Positions 25,974 through 40,900 of a stretch of DNA of 64,000 bases are shown piece by piece (the first letter of the stretch is position 1; each line of letters opens with the position of its first letter). Source of the stretch: Auanema rhodensis (Eukaryota; Animalia; Nematoda); contig OZ059899.1 in the NCBI GenBank assembly GCA_964057225.1, positions 1,736,001-1,800,000 of the forward strand, given 5' to 3'. The notes beneath the pieces are model-generated. The model ran no database searches. It saw only the letters and a program-made list of their open reading frames with translations, and had not been told where the DNA came from. The position numbers and the translations under genes were made by a program.

Positions 25974-28900
25974 TCTTCAGGGTGAAAATCGAGGATATAA
26001 GTGTGAACTTATATCAGTTGATATCTCGGTGCATTTTTAAGCTAGCGCAAATCTGATAACACAGATCGACGCAGCTTAAAAATCCGCATCAAATGCACTA
26101 TACTACATTGAGAAACGCTTGATACAAAAATTAGTTATGATCGTTTGAAAAATGATGCATTAGTGTATGTTGAGTTTCCATGTACACTCAACATTGCTTT
26201 CAAAAACATTTTGACAAAAATTTTTTCGAAAAATTTCAAATAAATTTAGCAAAAAGTAGATGTTTTTAGATTCCATTTCTCAAGGCAAAGACGATGGACA
26301 ATGTTATTCAACGAAAAAATTAATTCTTCAGGGTGAAAATTGAGGATATAAGTGTGAACTTATATCAGTTGATATCTCGGTGCATTTTTAAGCTAGCGCA
26401 AATCTGATAACACAGATCGACGCAGCTTTAAAATCCGCATCGAATGCACTATACTACATTGAGAAACGCTTAATACAAAAATTAGTTATGATCGTTTGAA
26501 AAATGATGCATTAGTGTATGTTGAGTTTCCATGTACACTCAACATTGCTTCCAAAAACATTTTGACAAAACTTTTTTTGAAAAATTTCAAAATAATTTAG
26601 CAAAAAGTAGATGTTTTTAGATTCCGTTTTTCAAGGCAAAGACGATGGACAATGTTATTCAACGAAAAAATTAATTCTTCAGGGTGAAAATCGAGGATAT
26701 AAGTGTGAACTTATATCAGTTGATATCTCGGTGCATTTTTAAGCTACCGCAAATCTGATAACACAGATCGACGCAGCTTAAAAATCCGCAACAAATGCAC
26801 TATACTACATTGAGAAACGCTTGATACAAAAATTAGTTATGATCGTTTGAAAAATGATGCATTAGTGTATGTTGAGTTTCCATGTACACTCAACATTGCT
26901 TCCAAAAACATTTTGACAAAAATTTTTTCGAAAAATTTCAAATAAATTTAGCAAAAAGTAGATGTTTTTAGATTCCATTTTTCAAGGCAAAGACGATGGA
27001 CAATGTTGTTCAACGAAAAAATTAATTCTTCAGGGTGAAAATCGAGGATATAAGTGTGAACTTATATCAGTTGATATCTCGGTGCATTTTTAAGCTAGCG
27101 CAAATCTGATAACACAGATCGACGCAGCTTTAAAATCCGCATCGAATGCACTATACTACATTGAGAAACGCTTAATACAAAAATTAGTTATGATCGTTTG
27201 AAAAATGATGCATTAGTGTATGTTGAGTTTCCATGTACACTCAACATTGCTTCCAAAAACATTTTGACAAAACTTTTTTTGAAAAATTTCAAAATAATTT
27301 AGCAAAAAGTAGATGTTTTTAGATTCCGTTTTTCAAGGCAAAGACGATGGACAATGTTATTCAACGAAAAAATTAATTCTTCAGGGTGAAAATCGAGGAT
27401 ATAAGTGTGAACTTATATCAGTTGATATCTCGGTGCATTTTTAAGCTACCGCAAATCTGATAACACAGATCGACGCAGCTTAAAAATCCGCAACAAATGC
27501 ACTATACTACATTGAGAAACGCTTGATACAAAAATTAGTTATGATCGTTTGAAAAATGATGCATTAGTGTATGTTGAGTTTCCATGTACACTCAACATTG
27601 CTTCCAAAAACATTTTGACAAAAATTTTTTCGAAAAATTTCAAATAAATTTAGCAAAAAGTAGATGTTTTTAGATTCCATTTTTCAAGGCAAAGACGATG
27701 GACAATGTTGTTCAACGAAAAAATTAATTCTTCAGGGTGAAAATCGAGGATATAAGTGTGAACTTATATCAGTTGATATCTCGGTGCATTTTTAAGCTAG
27801 CGCAAATCTGATAACACAGATCGACGCAGCTTAAAAATCCGCATCGAATGCACTATACTACATTGAGAAACGCTTGATACAAAAATTAGTTATGATCGTT
27901 TGAAAAATGATGCATTAGTGTATGTTGAGTTTCCATGTACACTCAGCATTGCTTCCAAAAACATTTTGACAAAAATTTTTTTGAAAAATTTCAGAATAAT
28001 TTAGCAAAAAGTAGATGTTTTTAGATTCCATTTTTCAAGGCAAAGACGATGGACAATGTTATTCAACGAAAAAAATAATTCTTCAGGGTGAAAATCGAGG
28101 ATATAAGTGTGAACTTATATCAGTTGATATCTCGGTGCATTTTTAAGCTAGCGCAAATCTGATAACACAGATCGACGCAGCTTAAAAATCCGCATCGAAT
28201 GCACTATACTACATTGAGAAAAACTTAATACAAAAATTAGTTATGATCGTTTGAAAAATGATGCATTAGTGTATGTTGAGTTTCCATGTACACTCAACAT
28301 TGCTTCCAAAAACATTTTGACAAAAATTTTTTCGAAAAATTTCAAAATAATTTAGCAAAAAGTAGATGTTTTTAGATTCCATTTTTCAAGGCAAAGACGA
28401 TGGACAATGTTATTCAACGAAAAAAATAATTCTTCAGGGTGAAAATCGAGGATATAAGTGTGAACTTATATCAGTTGATATCTCGGTGCATTTTTAAGCT
28501 AGCGCAAATCTGATAACACAGATCGACGCAGCTTAAAAATCCGCATCAAATGCACTATACTACATTGAGAAACGCTTGATACAAAAATTAGTTATGATCG
28601 TTTGAAAAATGATGCATTAGTGTATGTTGAGTTTCCATGTACACTCAACATTGCTTTCAAAAACATTTTGACAAAAATTTTTTCGAAAAATTTCAAATAA
28701 ATTTAGCAAAAAGTAGATGTTTTTAGATTCCATTTCTCAAGGCAAAGACGATGGACAATGTTATTCAACGAAAAAATTAATTCTTCAGGGTGAAAAATGA
28801 GGATATAAGTGTGAACTTATATCAGTTGATATCTCGGTGCATTTTTAAGCTAGCGCAAATCTGATAACACAGATCGACGCAGCTTTAAAATCCGCATCGA

Positions 28901-31900
28901 ATGCACTATACTACATTGAGAAACGCTTAATACAAAAATTAGTTATGATCGTTTGAAAAATGATGCATTAGTGTATGTTGAGTTTCCATGTACACTCAAC
29001 ATTGCTTCCAAAAACATTTTGACAAAACTTTTTTTGAAAAATTTCAAAATAATTTAGCAAAAAGTAGATGTTTTTAGATTCCGTTTTTCAAGGCAAAGAC
29101 GATGGACAATGTTATTCAACGAAAAAATTAATTCTTCAGGGTGAAAATCGAGGATATAAGTGTGAACTTATATCAGTTGATATCTCGGTGCATTTTTAAG
29201 CTACCGCAAATCTGATAACACAGATCGACGCAGCTTAAAAATCCGCAACAAATGCACTATACTACATTGAGAAACGCTTGATACAAAAATTAGTTATGAT
29301 CGTTTGAAAAATGATGCATTAGTGTATGTTGAGTTTCCATGTACACTCAACATTGCTTCCAAAAACATTTTGACAAAAATTTTTTCGAAAAATTTCAAAT
29401 AAATTTAGCAAAAAGTAGATGTTTTTAGATTCCATTTTTCAAGGCAAAGACGATGGACAATGTTGTTCAACGAAAAAATTAATTCTTCAGGGTGAAAATC
29501 GAGGATATAAGTGTGAACTTATATCAGTTGATATCTCGGTGCATTTTTAAGCTAGCGCAAATCTGATAACACAGATCGACGCAGCTTAAAAATCCGCATC
29601 GAATGCACTATACTACATTGAGAAACGCTTGATACAAAAATTAGTTATGATCGTTTGAAAAATGATGCATTAGTGTATGTTGAGTTTCCATGTACACTCA
29701 GCATTGCTTCCAAAAACATTTTGACAAAAATTTTTTTGAAAAATTTCAGAATAATTTAGCAAAAAGTAGATGTTTTTAGATTCCATTTTTCAAGGCAAAG
29801 ACGATGGACAATGTTATTCAACGAAAAAAATAATTCTTCAGGGTGAAAATCGAGGATATAAGTGTGAACTTATATCAGTTGATATCTCGGTGCATTTTTA
29901 AGCTAGCGCAAATCTGATAACACAGATCGACGCAGCTTAAAAATCCGCATCGAATGCACTATACTACATTGAGAAAAACTTAATACAAAAATTAGTTATG
30001 ATCGTTTGAAAAATGATGCATTAGTGTATGTTGAGTTTCCATGTACACTCAACATTGCTTCCAAAAACATTTTGACAAAAATTTTTTCGAAAAATTTCAA
30101 AATAATTTAGCAAAAAGTAGATGTTTTTAGATTCCATTTTTCAAGGCAAAGACGATGGACAATGTTATTCAACGAAAAAAATAATTCTTCAGGGTGAAAA
30201 TCGAGGATATAAGTGTGAACTTATATCAGTTGATATCTCGGTGCATTTTTAAGCTAGCGCAAATCTGATAACACAGATCGACGCAGCTTAAAAATCCGCA
30301 TCGAATGCACTATACTACATTGAGAAACGCTTGATACAAAAATTAGTTAAGATCGTTTGAAAAATGATGCATTAGTGTATGTTGAGTTTCCATGTACACT
30401 CAACATTGCTTCCAAAAACATTTTGACAAAAATTTTTTCGAAAAATTTCAAAATAATTTAGCAAAAAGTAGATGTTTTTAGATTCCATTTTTCAAGGCAA
30501 AGACGATGGACAATGTTATTCAACGAAAAAATTAATTCTTCAGAGTGAAAATCGAGGATATAAGTGTGAACTTATATCAGTTGATATCTCGGTACATTTT
30601 TAAGCTAGCGCAAATCTGATAACACAGATCGACGCAACTTAAAAATCCGCATCGAATGCACTATACTAAATTGAGAAACGCTTGATACAAAAATTAGTTA
30701 TGATCGTTTGAAAAATGATGCATTAGTGTATGTTGAGTTTCCATGTACACTCAACATTGCTTCCAAAAACATTTTGACAAAAATTTTTTCGAAAAATTTC
30801 AAAATAATTTAGCAAAAAGTAGATGTTTTTAGATTCCATTTTTCAAGGCAAAGACGATGGACAATGTTATTCAACGAAAAAAATAATTCTTCAGGGTGAA
30901 AATCGAGGATATATGTGTGAACTTATATCAGTTGATATCTCGGTGCATTTTTAAGCTAGCGCAAATCTGATAACACAGATCGACGCAGCTTAAAAATCCG
31001 CATCGAATGCACTATACTACATTGAGAAACGCTTGATACAAAAATTAGTTATGATCGTTTGAAAAATGATGCATTAGTGTATGTTGAGTTTCCATGTACA
31101 CTCAACATTGCTTCCAAAAACATTTTGACAAAAATTTTTTCGAAAAATTTCAAAATAATTTAGCAAAAAGTAGATGTTTTTAAATTCTTTTTTTCAAGGC
31201 AAAGACGATGGACAATGTTATTCAACGAAAAAAATAATTCTTCAGGGTGAAAATCGAGGATATAAGTGTGAACTTATATCAGTTGATATCTCGGTGCATT
31301 TTTAAGCTACCGCAAATCTGATAACACAGATCGACGCAGCTTAAAAATCCGCAACAAATGCACTATACTACATTGAGAAACGCTTGATACAAAAATTAGT
31401 TATGATCGTTTGAAAAATGATGCATTAGTGTATGTTGAGTTTCCATGTACACTCAACATTGCTTCCAAAAACATTTTGACAAAAATTTTTTCGAAAAATT
31501 TCAAATAAATTTAGCAAAAAGTAGATGTTTTTAGATTCCATTTTTCAAGGCAAAGACGATGGACAATGTTGTTCAACGAAATAATTAATTCTTCAGGGTG
31601 AAAATCGAGGATATAAGTGTGAACTTATATCAGTTGATATCTCGGTGCATTTTTAAGCTAGCGCAAATCTGATAACACAGATCGACGCAGCTTAAAAATC
31701 CGCATCGAATGCACTATACTACATTGAGAAACGCTTAATACAAAAATTAGTTATGATCGTTTGAAAAATGATGCATTAGTGTATGTTGAGTTTCCATGTA
31801 CACTCAACATTGCTTCGAAAAACATTTTGACAAAAATTTTTTCGAAAAATTTCGAAATAATTTAGCGAAAAGTAGATGTTTTTAGATTCCATTTTTCAAG

Positions 31901-34900
31901 GCAAAGACGATGGACAATGTTATTCAACGAAAAAATTAATTCTTCAGAGTGAAAATCGAGGATATAAGTGTGAACTTATATCAGTTGATATCTCGGTGCA
32001 TTTTTAAGCTACCGCAAATCTGATAACACAGATCGACGCAGCTTAAAAATCCGCATCAAATGCACTATACTACATTGAGAAACGCTTGATACAAAAATTA
32101 GTTATGATCGTTTGAAAAATGATGCATTAGTGTATGTTGAGTTTCCATGTACACTCAACATTGCTTCCAAAAACATTTTGACAAAAATTTTTTCGAAATA
32201 TTTCAAATAAATTTAGCAAAAAGTAGATGTTTTTAGATTCCATTTTTCAAGGCAAAGACGATGGACAATGTTGTTCAACGAAAAAATTAATTCTTCAGAG
32301 TGAAAATCGAGGATATAAGTGTGAACTTATATCAGTTGATATCTCGGTGCATTTTTAAGCTAGCGCAAATCTGATAACACAGATCGACGCAGCTTAAAAA
32401 TCCGCATCGAATGCACTATACTACATTGAGAAACGCTTAATACAAAAATTAGTTATGATCGTTTGAAAAATGATGCATTAGTGTATGTTGAGTTTCCATG
32501 TACACTCAACATTGCTTCGAAAAACATTTTGACAAAAATTTTTTCGAAAAATTTCGAAATAATTTAGCGAAAAGTAGATGTTTTTAGATTCCATTTTTCA
32601 AGGCAAAGACGATGGACAATGTTATTCAACGAAAAAATTAATTCTTCAGAGTGAAAATCGAGGATATAAGTGTGAACTTATATCAGTTGATATCTCGGTG
32701 CATTTTTAAGCTACCGCAAATCTGATAACACAGATCGACGCAGCTTAAAAATCCGCATCAAATGCACTATACTACATTGAGAAACGCTTGATACAAAAAT
32801 TAGTTATGATCGTTTGAAAAATGATGCATTAGTGTATGTTGAGTTTCCATGTACACTCAACATTGCTTCCAAAAACATTTTGACAAAAATTTTTTCGAAA
32901 TATTTCAAATAAATTTAGCAAAAAGTAGATGTTTTTAGATTCCATTTTTCAAGGCAAAGACGATGGACAATGTTGTTCAACGAAAAAATTAATTCTTCAG
33001 AGTGAAAATCGAGGATATAAGTGTGAACTTATATCAGTTGATATCTCGGTACATTTTTAAGCTAGCGCAAATCTGATAACACAGATCGACGCAACTTAAA
33101 AATCCGCATCGAATGCACTATACTAAATTGAGAAACGCTTGATACAAAAATTAGTTATGATCGTTTGAAAAATGATGCATTAGTGTATGTTGAGTTTCCA
33201 TGTACACTCAACATTGCTTCCAAAAACATTTTGACAAAAATTTTTTCGAAAAATTTCAAAATAATTTAGCAAAAAGTAGATGTTTTTAGATTCCATTTTT
33301 CAAGGCAAAGACGATGGACAATGTTATTCAACGAAAAAAATAATTCTTCAGGGTGAAAATCGAGGATATATGTGTGAACTTATATCAGTTGATATCTCGG
33401 TGCATTTTTAAGCTAGCGCAAATCTGATAACACAGATCGACGCAGCTTAAAAATCCGCATCGAATGCACTATACTACATTGAGAAACGCTTGATACAAAA
33501 ATTAGTTATGATCGTTTGAAAAATGATGCATTAGTGTATGTTGAGTTTCCATGTACACTCAACATTGCTTCCAAAAACATTTTGACAAAAATTTTTTCGA
33601 AAAATTTCAAAATAATTTAGCAAAAAGTAGATGTTTTTAAATTCTTTTTTTCAAGGCAAAGACGATGGACAATGTTATTCAACGAAAAAAATAATTCTTC
33701 AGGGTGAAAATCGAGGATATAAGTGTGAACTTATATCAGTTGATATCTCGGTGCATTTTTAAGCTACCGCAAATCTGATAACACAGATCGACGCAGCTTA
33801 AAAATCCGCAACAAATGCACTATACTACATTGAGAAACGCTTGATACAAAAATTAGTTATGATCGTTTGAAAAATGATGCATTAGTGTATGTTGAGTTTC
33901 CATGTACACTCAACATTGCTTCCAAAAACATTTTGACAAAAATTTTTTCGAAAAATTTCAAATAAATTTAGCAAAAAGTAGATGTTTTTAGATTCCATTT
34001 TTCAAGGCAAAGACGATGGACAATGTTGTTCAACGAAAAAATTAATTCTTCAGGGTGAAAATCGAGGATATAAGTGTGAACTTATATCAGTTGATATCTC
34101 GGTGCATTTTTAAGCTAGCGCAAATCTGATAACACAGATCGACGCAGCTTAAAAATCCGCATCGAATGCACTATACTACATTGAGAAACGCTTAATACAA
34201 AAATTAGTTATGATCGTTTGAAAAATGATGCATTAGTGTATGTTGAGTTTCCATGTACACTCAACATTGCTTCGAAAAACATTTTGACAAAAATTTTTTC
34301 GAAAAATTTCGAAATAATTTAGCGAAAAGTAGATGTTTTTAGATTCCATTTTTCAAGGCAAAGACGATGGACAATGTTATTCAACGAAAAAATTAATTCT
34401 TCAGAGTGAAAATCGAGGATATAAGTGTGAACTTATATCAGTTGATATCTCGGTGCATTTTTAAGCTACCGCAAATCTGATAACACAGATCGACGCAGCT
34501 TAAAAATCCGCATCAAATGCACTATACTACATTGAGAAACGCTTGATACAAAAATTAGTTATGATCGTTTGAAAAATGATGCATTAGTGTATGTTGAGTT
34601 TCCATGTACACTCAACATTGCTTCCAAAAACATTTTGACAAAAATTTTTTCGAAATATTTCAAATAAATTTAGCAAAAAGTAGATGTTTTTAGATTCCAT
34701 TTTTCAAGGCAAAGACGATGGACAATGTTGTTCAACGAAAAAATTAATTCTTCAGGGTGAAAATCGAGGATATAAGTGTGAACTTATATCAGTTGATATC
34801 TCGGTGCATTTTTAAGCTAGCGCAAATCTGATAACACAGATCGACGCAGCTTAAAAATCCGCATCGAATGCACTATACTACATTGAGAAACGCTTGATAC

Positions 34901-37900
34901 AAAAATTAGTTATGATCGTTTGAAAAATGATGCATTAGTGTATGTTGAGTTTCCATGTACACTCAACATTGCTTCCAAAAACATTTTGACAAAACTTTTT
35001 TTGAAAAATTTCAAAATAATTTAGCAAAAAGTAGATGTTTTTAGATTCCGTTTTTCAAGGCAAAGACGATGGACAATGTTATTCAACGAAAAAATTAATT
35101 CTTCAGGGTGAAAATCGAGGATATAAGTGTGAACTTATATCAGTTGATATCTCGGTGCATTTTTAAGCTACCGCAAATCTGATAACACAGATCGACGCAG
35201 CTTAAAAATCCGCAACAAATGCACTATACTACATTGAGAAACGCTTGATACAAAAATTAGTTATGATCGTTTGAAAAATGATGCATTAGTGTATGTTGAG
35301 TTTCCATGTACACTCAACATTGCTTCCAAAAACATTTTGACAAAAATTTTTTCGAAAAATTTCAAATAAATTTAGCAAAAAGTAGATGTTTTTAGATTCC
35401 ATTTTTCAAGGCAAAGACGATGGACAATGTTGTTCAACGAAAAAATTAATTCTTCAGGGTGAAAATCGAGGATATAAGTGTGAACTTATATCAGTTGATA
35501 TCTCGGTGCATTTTTAAGCTAGCGCAAATCTGATAACACAGATCGACGCAGCTTAAAAATCCGCATCGAATGCACTATACTACATTGAGAAACGCTTGAT
35601 ACAAAAATTAGTTATGATCGTTTGAAAAATGATGCATTAGTGTATGTTGAGTTTCCATGTACACTCAGCATTGCTTCCAAAAACATTTTGACAAAAATTT
35701 TTTTGAAAAATTTCAGAATAATTTAGCAAAAAGTAGATGTTTTTAGATTCCATTTTTCAAGGCAAAGACGATGGACAATGTTATTCAACGAAAAAAATAA
35801 TTCTTCAGGGTGAAAATCGAGGATATAAGTGTGAACTTATATCAGTTGATATCTCGGTGCATTTTTAAGCTAGCGCAAATCTGATAACACAGATCGACGC
35901 AGCTTAAAAATCCGCATCGAATGCACTATACTACATTGAGAAAAACTTAATACAAAAATTAGTTATGATCGTTTGAAAAATGATGCATTAGTGTATGTTG
36001 AGTTTCCATGTACACTCAACATTGCTTCCAAAAACATTTTGACAAAAATTTTTTCGAAAAATTTCAAAATAATTTAGCAAAAAGTAGATGTTTTTAGATT
36101 CCATTTTTCAAGGCAAAGACGATGGACAATGTTATTCAACGAAAAAAATAATTCTTCAGGGTGAAAATCGAGGATATAAGTGTGAACTTATATCAGTTGA
36201 TATCTCGGTGCATTTTTAAGCTAGCGCAAATCTGATAACACAGATCGACGCAGCTTAAAAATCCGCATCGAATGCACTATACTACATTGAGAAACGCTTG
36301 ATACAAAAATTAGTTAAGATCGTTTGAAAAATGATGCATTAGTGTATGTTGAGTTTCCATGTACACTCAACATTGCTTCCAAAAACATTTTGACAAAAAT
36401 TTTTTCGAAAAATTTCAAAATAATTTAGCAAAAAGTAGATGTTTTTAGATTCCATTTTTCAAGGCAAAGACGATGGACAATGTTATTCAACGAAAAAATT
36501 AATTCTTCAGAGTGAAAATCGAGGATATAAGTGTGAACTTATATCAGTTGATATCTCGGTACATTTTTAAGCTAGCGCAAATCTGATAACACAGATCGAC
36601 GCAACTTAAAAATCCGCATCGAATGCACTATACTAAATTGAGAAACGCTTGATACAAAAATTAGTTATGATCGTTTGAAAAATGATGCATTAGTGTATGT
36701 TGAGTTTCCATGTACACTCAACATTGCTTCCAAAAACATTTTGACAAAAATTTTTTCGAAAAATTTCAAAATAATTTAGCAAAAAGTAGATGTTTTTAGA
36801 TTCCATTTTTCAAGGCAAAGACGATGGACAATGTTATTCAACGAAAAAAATAATTCTTCAGGGTGAAAATCGAGGATATATGTGTGAACTTATATCAGTT
36901 GATATCTCGGTGCATTTTTAAGCTAGCGCAAATCTGATAACACAGATCGACGCAGCTTAAAAATCCGCATCGAATGCACTATACTACATTGAGAAACGCT
37001 TGATACAAAAATTAGTTATGATCGTTTGAAAAATGATGCATTAGTGTATGTTGAGTTTCCATGTACACTCAACATTGCTTCCAAAAACATTTTGACAAAA
37101 ATTTTTTCGAAAAATTTCAAAATAATTTAGCAAAAAGTAGATGTTTTTAAATTCTTTTTTTCAAGGCAAAGACGATGGACAATGTTATTCAACGAAAAAA
37201 ATAATTCTTCAGGGTGAAAATCGAGGATATAAGTGTGAACTTATATCAGTTGATATCTCGGTGCATTTTTAAGCTACCGCAAATCTGATAACACAGATCG
37301 ACGCAGCTTAAAAATCCGCAACAAATGCACTATACTACATTGAGAAACGCTTGATACAAAAATTAGTTATGATCGTTTGAAAAATGATGCATTAGTGTAT
37401 GTTGAGTTTCCATGTACACTCAACATTGCTTCGAAAAACATTTTGACAAAAATTTTTTCGAAAAATTTCGAAATAATTTAGCGAAAAGTAGATGTTTTTA
37501 GATTCCATTTTTCAAGGCAAAGACGATGGACAATGTTATTCAACGAAAAAATTAATTCTTCAGAGTGAAAATCGAGGATATAAGTGTGAACTTATATCAG
37601 TTGATATCTCGGTGCATTTTTAAGCTACCGCAAATCTGATAACACAGATCGACGCAGCTTAAAAATCCGCATCAAATGCACTATACTACATTGAGAAACG
37701 CTTGATACAAAAATTAGTTATGATCGTTTGAAAAATGATGCATTAGTGTATGTTGAGTTTCCATGTACACTCAACATTGCTTCCAAAAACATTTTGACAA
37801 AAATTTTTTCGAAATATTTCAAATAAATTTAGCAAAAAGTAGATGTTTTTAGATTCCATTTTTCAAGGCAAAGACGATGGACAATGTTGTTCAACGAAAA

Positions 37901-40900
37901 AATTAATTCTTCAGAGTGAAAATCGAGGATATAAGTGTGAACTTATATCAGTTGATATCTCGGTACATTTTTAAGCTAGCGCAAATCTGATAACACAGAT
38001 CGACGCAACTTAAAAATCCGCATCGAATGCACTATACTAAATTGAGAAACGCTTGATACAAAAATTAGTTATGATCGTTTGAAAAATGATGCATTAGTGT
38101 ATGTTGAGTTTCCATGTACACTCAACATTGCTTCCAAAAACATTTTGACAAAAATTTTTTCGAAAAATTTCAAAATAATTTAGCAAAAAGTAGATGTTTT
38201 TAGATTCCATTTTTCAAGGCAAAGACGATGGACAATGTTATTCAACGAAAAAAATAATTCTTCAGGGTGAAAATCGAGGATATATGTGTGAACTTATATC
38301 AGTTGATATCTCGGTGCATTTTTAAGCTAGCGCAAATCTGATAACACAGATCGACGCAGCTTAAAAATCCGCATCGAATGCACTATACTACATTGAGAAA
38401 CGCTTGATACAAAAATTAGTTATGATCGTTTGAAAAATGATGCATTAGTGTATGTTGAGTTTCCATGTACACTCAACATTGCTTCCAAAAACATTTTGAC
38501 AAAAATTTTTTCGAAAAATTTCAAAATAATTTAGCAAAAAGTAGATGTTTTTAAATTCTTTTTTTCAAGGCAAAGACGATGGACAATGTTATTCAACGAA
38601 AAAAATAATTCTTCAGGGTGAAAATCGAGGATATAAGTGTGAACTTATATCAGTTGATATCTCGGTGCATTTTTAAGCTACCGCAAATCTGATAACACAG
38701 ATCGACGCAGCTTAAAAATCCGCAACAAATGCACTATACTACATTGAGAAACGCTTGATACAAAAATTAGTTATGATCGTTTGAAAAATGATGCATTAGT
38801 GTATGTTGAGTTTCCATGTACACTCAACATTGCTTCCAAAAACATTTTGACAAAAATTTTTTCGAAAAATTTCAAATAAATTTAGCAAAAAGTAGATGTT
38901 TTTAGATTCCATTTTTCAAGGCAAAGACGATGGACAATGTTGTTCAACGAAAAAATTAATTCTTCAGGGTGAAAATCGAGGATATAAGTGTGAACTTATA
39001 TCAGTTGATATCTCGGTGCATTTTTAAGCTAGCGCAAATCTGATAACACAGATCGACGCAGCTTAAAAATCCGCATCGAATGCACTATACTACATTGAGA
39101 AACGCTTAATACAAAAATTAGTTATGATCGTTTGAAAAATGATGCATTAGTGTATGTTGAGTTTCCATGTACACTCAACATTGCTTCGAAAAACATTTTG
39201 ACAAAAATTTTTTCGAAAAATTTCGAAATAATTTAGCGAAAAGTAGATGTTTTTAGATTCCATTTTTCAAGGCAAAGACGATGGACAATGTTATTCAACG
39301 AAAAAATTAATTCTTCAGAGTGAAAATCGAGGATATAAGTGTGAACTTATATCAGTTGATATCTCGGTGCATTTTTAAGCTACCGCAAATCTGATAACAC
39401 AGATCGACGCAGCTTAAAAATCCGCATCAAATGCACTATACTACATTGAGAAACGCTTGATACAAAAATTAGTTATGATCGTTTGAAAAATGATGCATTA
39501 GTGTATGTTGAGTTTCCATGTACACTCAACATTGCTTCCAAAAACATTTTGACAAAAATTTTTTCGAAATATTTCAAATAAATTTAGCAAAAAGTAGATG
39601 TTTTTAGATTCCATTTTTCAAGGCAAAGACGATGGACAATGTTGTTCAACGAAAAAATTAATTCTTCAGGGTGAAAATCGAGGATATAAGTGTGAACTTA
39701 TATCAGTTGATATCTCGGTGCATTTTTAAGCTAGCGCAAATCTGATAACACAGATCGACGCAGCTTAAAAATCCGCATCGAATGCACTATACTACATTGA
39801 GAAACGCTTGATACAAAAATTAGTTATGATCGTTTGAAAAATGATGCATTAGTGTATGTTGAGTTTCCATGTACACTCAGCATTGCTTCCAAAAACATTT
39901 TGTCAAAAATTTTTTTGAAAAATTTCAGAATAATTTAGCAAAAAGTAGATGTTTTTAGATTCCATTTTTCAAGGCAAAGACGATGGACAATGTTATTCAA
40001 CGAAAAAAATAATTCTTCAGGGTGAAAATCGAGGATATAAGTGTGAACTTATATCAGTTGATATCTCGGTGCATTTTTAAGCTAGCGCAAATCTGATAAC
40101 ACAGATCGACGCAGCTTAAAAATCCGCATCGAATGCACTATACTACATTGAGAAAAACTTAATACAAAAATTAGTTATGATCGTTTGAAAAATGATGCAT
40201 TAGTGTATGTTGAGTTTCCATGTACACTCAACATTGCTTCCAAAAACATTTTGACAAAAATTTTTTCGAAAAATTTCAAAATAATTTAGCAAAAAGTAGA
40301 TGTTTTTAGATTCCATTTTTCAAGGCAAAGACGATGGACAATGTTATTCAACGAAAAAAATAATTCTTCAGGGTGAAAATCGAGGATATAAGTGTGAACT
40401 TATATCAGTTGATATCTCGGTGCATTTTTAAGCTAGCGCAAATCTGATAACACAGATCGACGCAGCTTAAAAATCCGCATCGAATGCACTATACTACATT
40501 GAGAAACGCTTGATACAAAAATTAGTTAAGATCGTTTGAAAAATGATGCATTAGTGTATGTTGAGTTTCCATGTACACTCAACATTGCTTCCAAAAACAT
40601 TTTGACAAAAATTTTTTCGAAAAATTTCAAAATAATTTAGCAAAAAGTAGATGTTTTTAGATTCCATTTTTCAAGGCAAAGACGATGGACAATGTTATTC
40701 AACGAAAAAATTAATTCTTCAGAGTGAAAATCGAGGATATAAGTGTGAACTTATATCAGTTGATATCTCGGTACATTTTTAAGCTAGCGCAAATCTGATA
40801 ACACAGATCGACGCAACTTAAAAATCCGCATCGAATGCACTATACTAAATTGAGAAACGCTTGATACAAAAATTAGTTATGATCGTTTGAAAAATGATGC

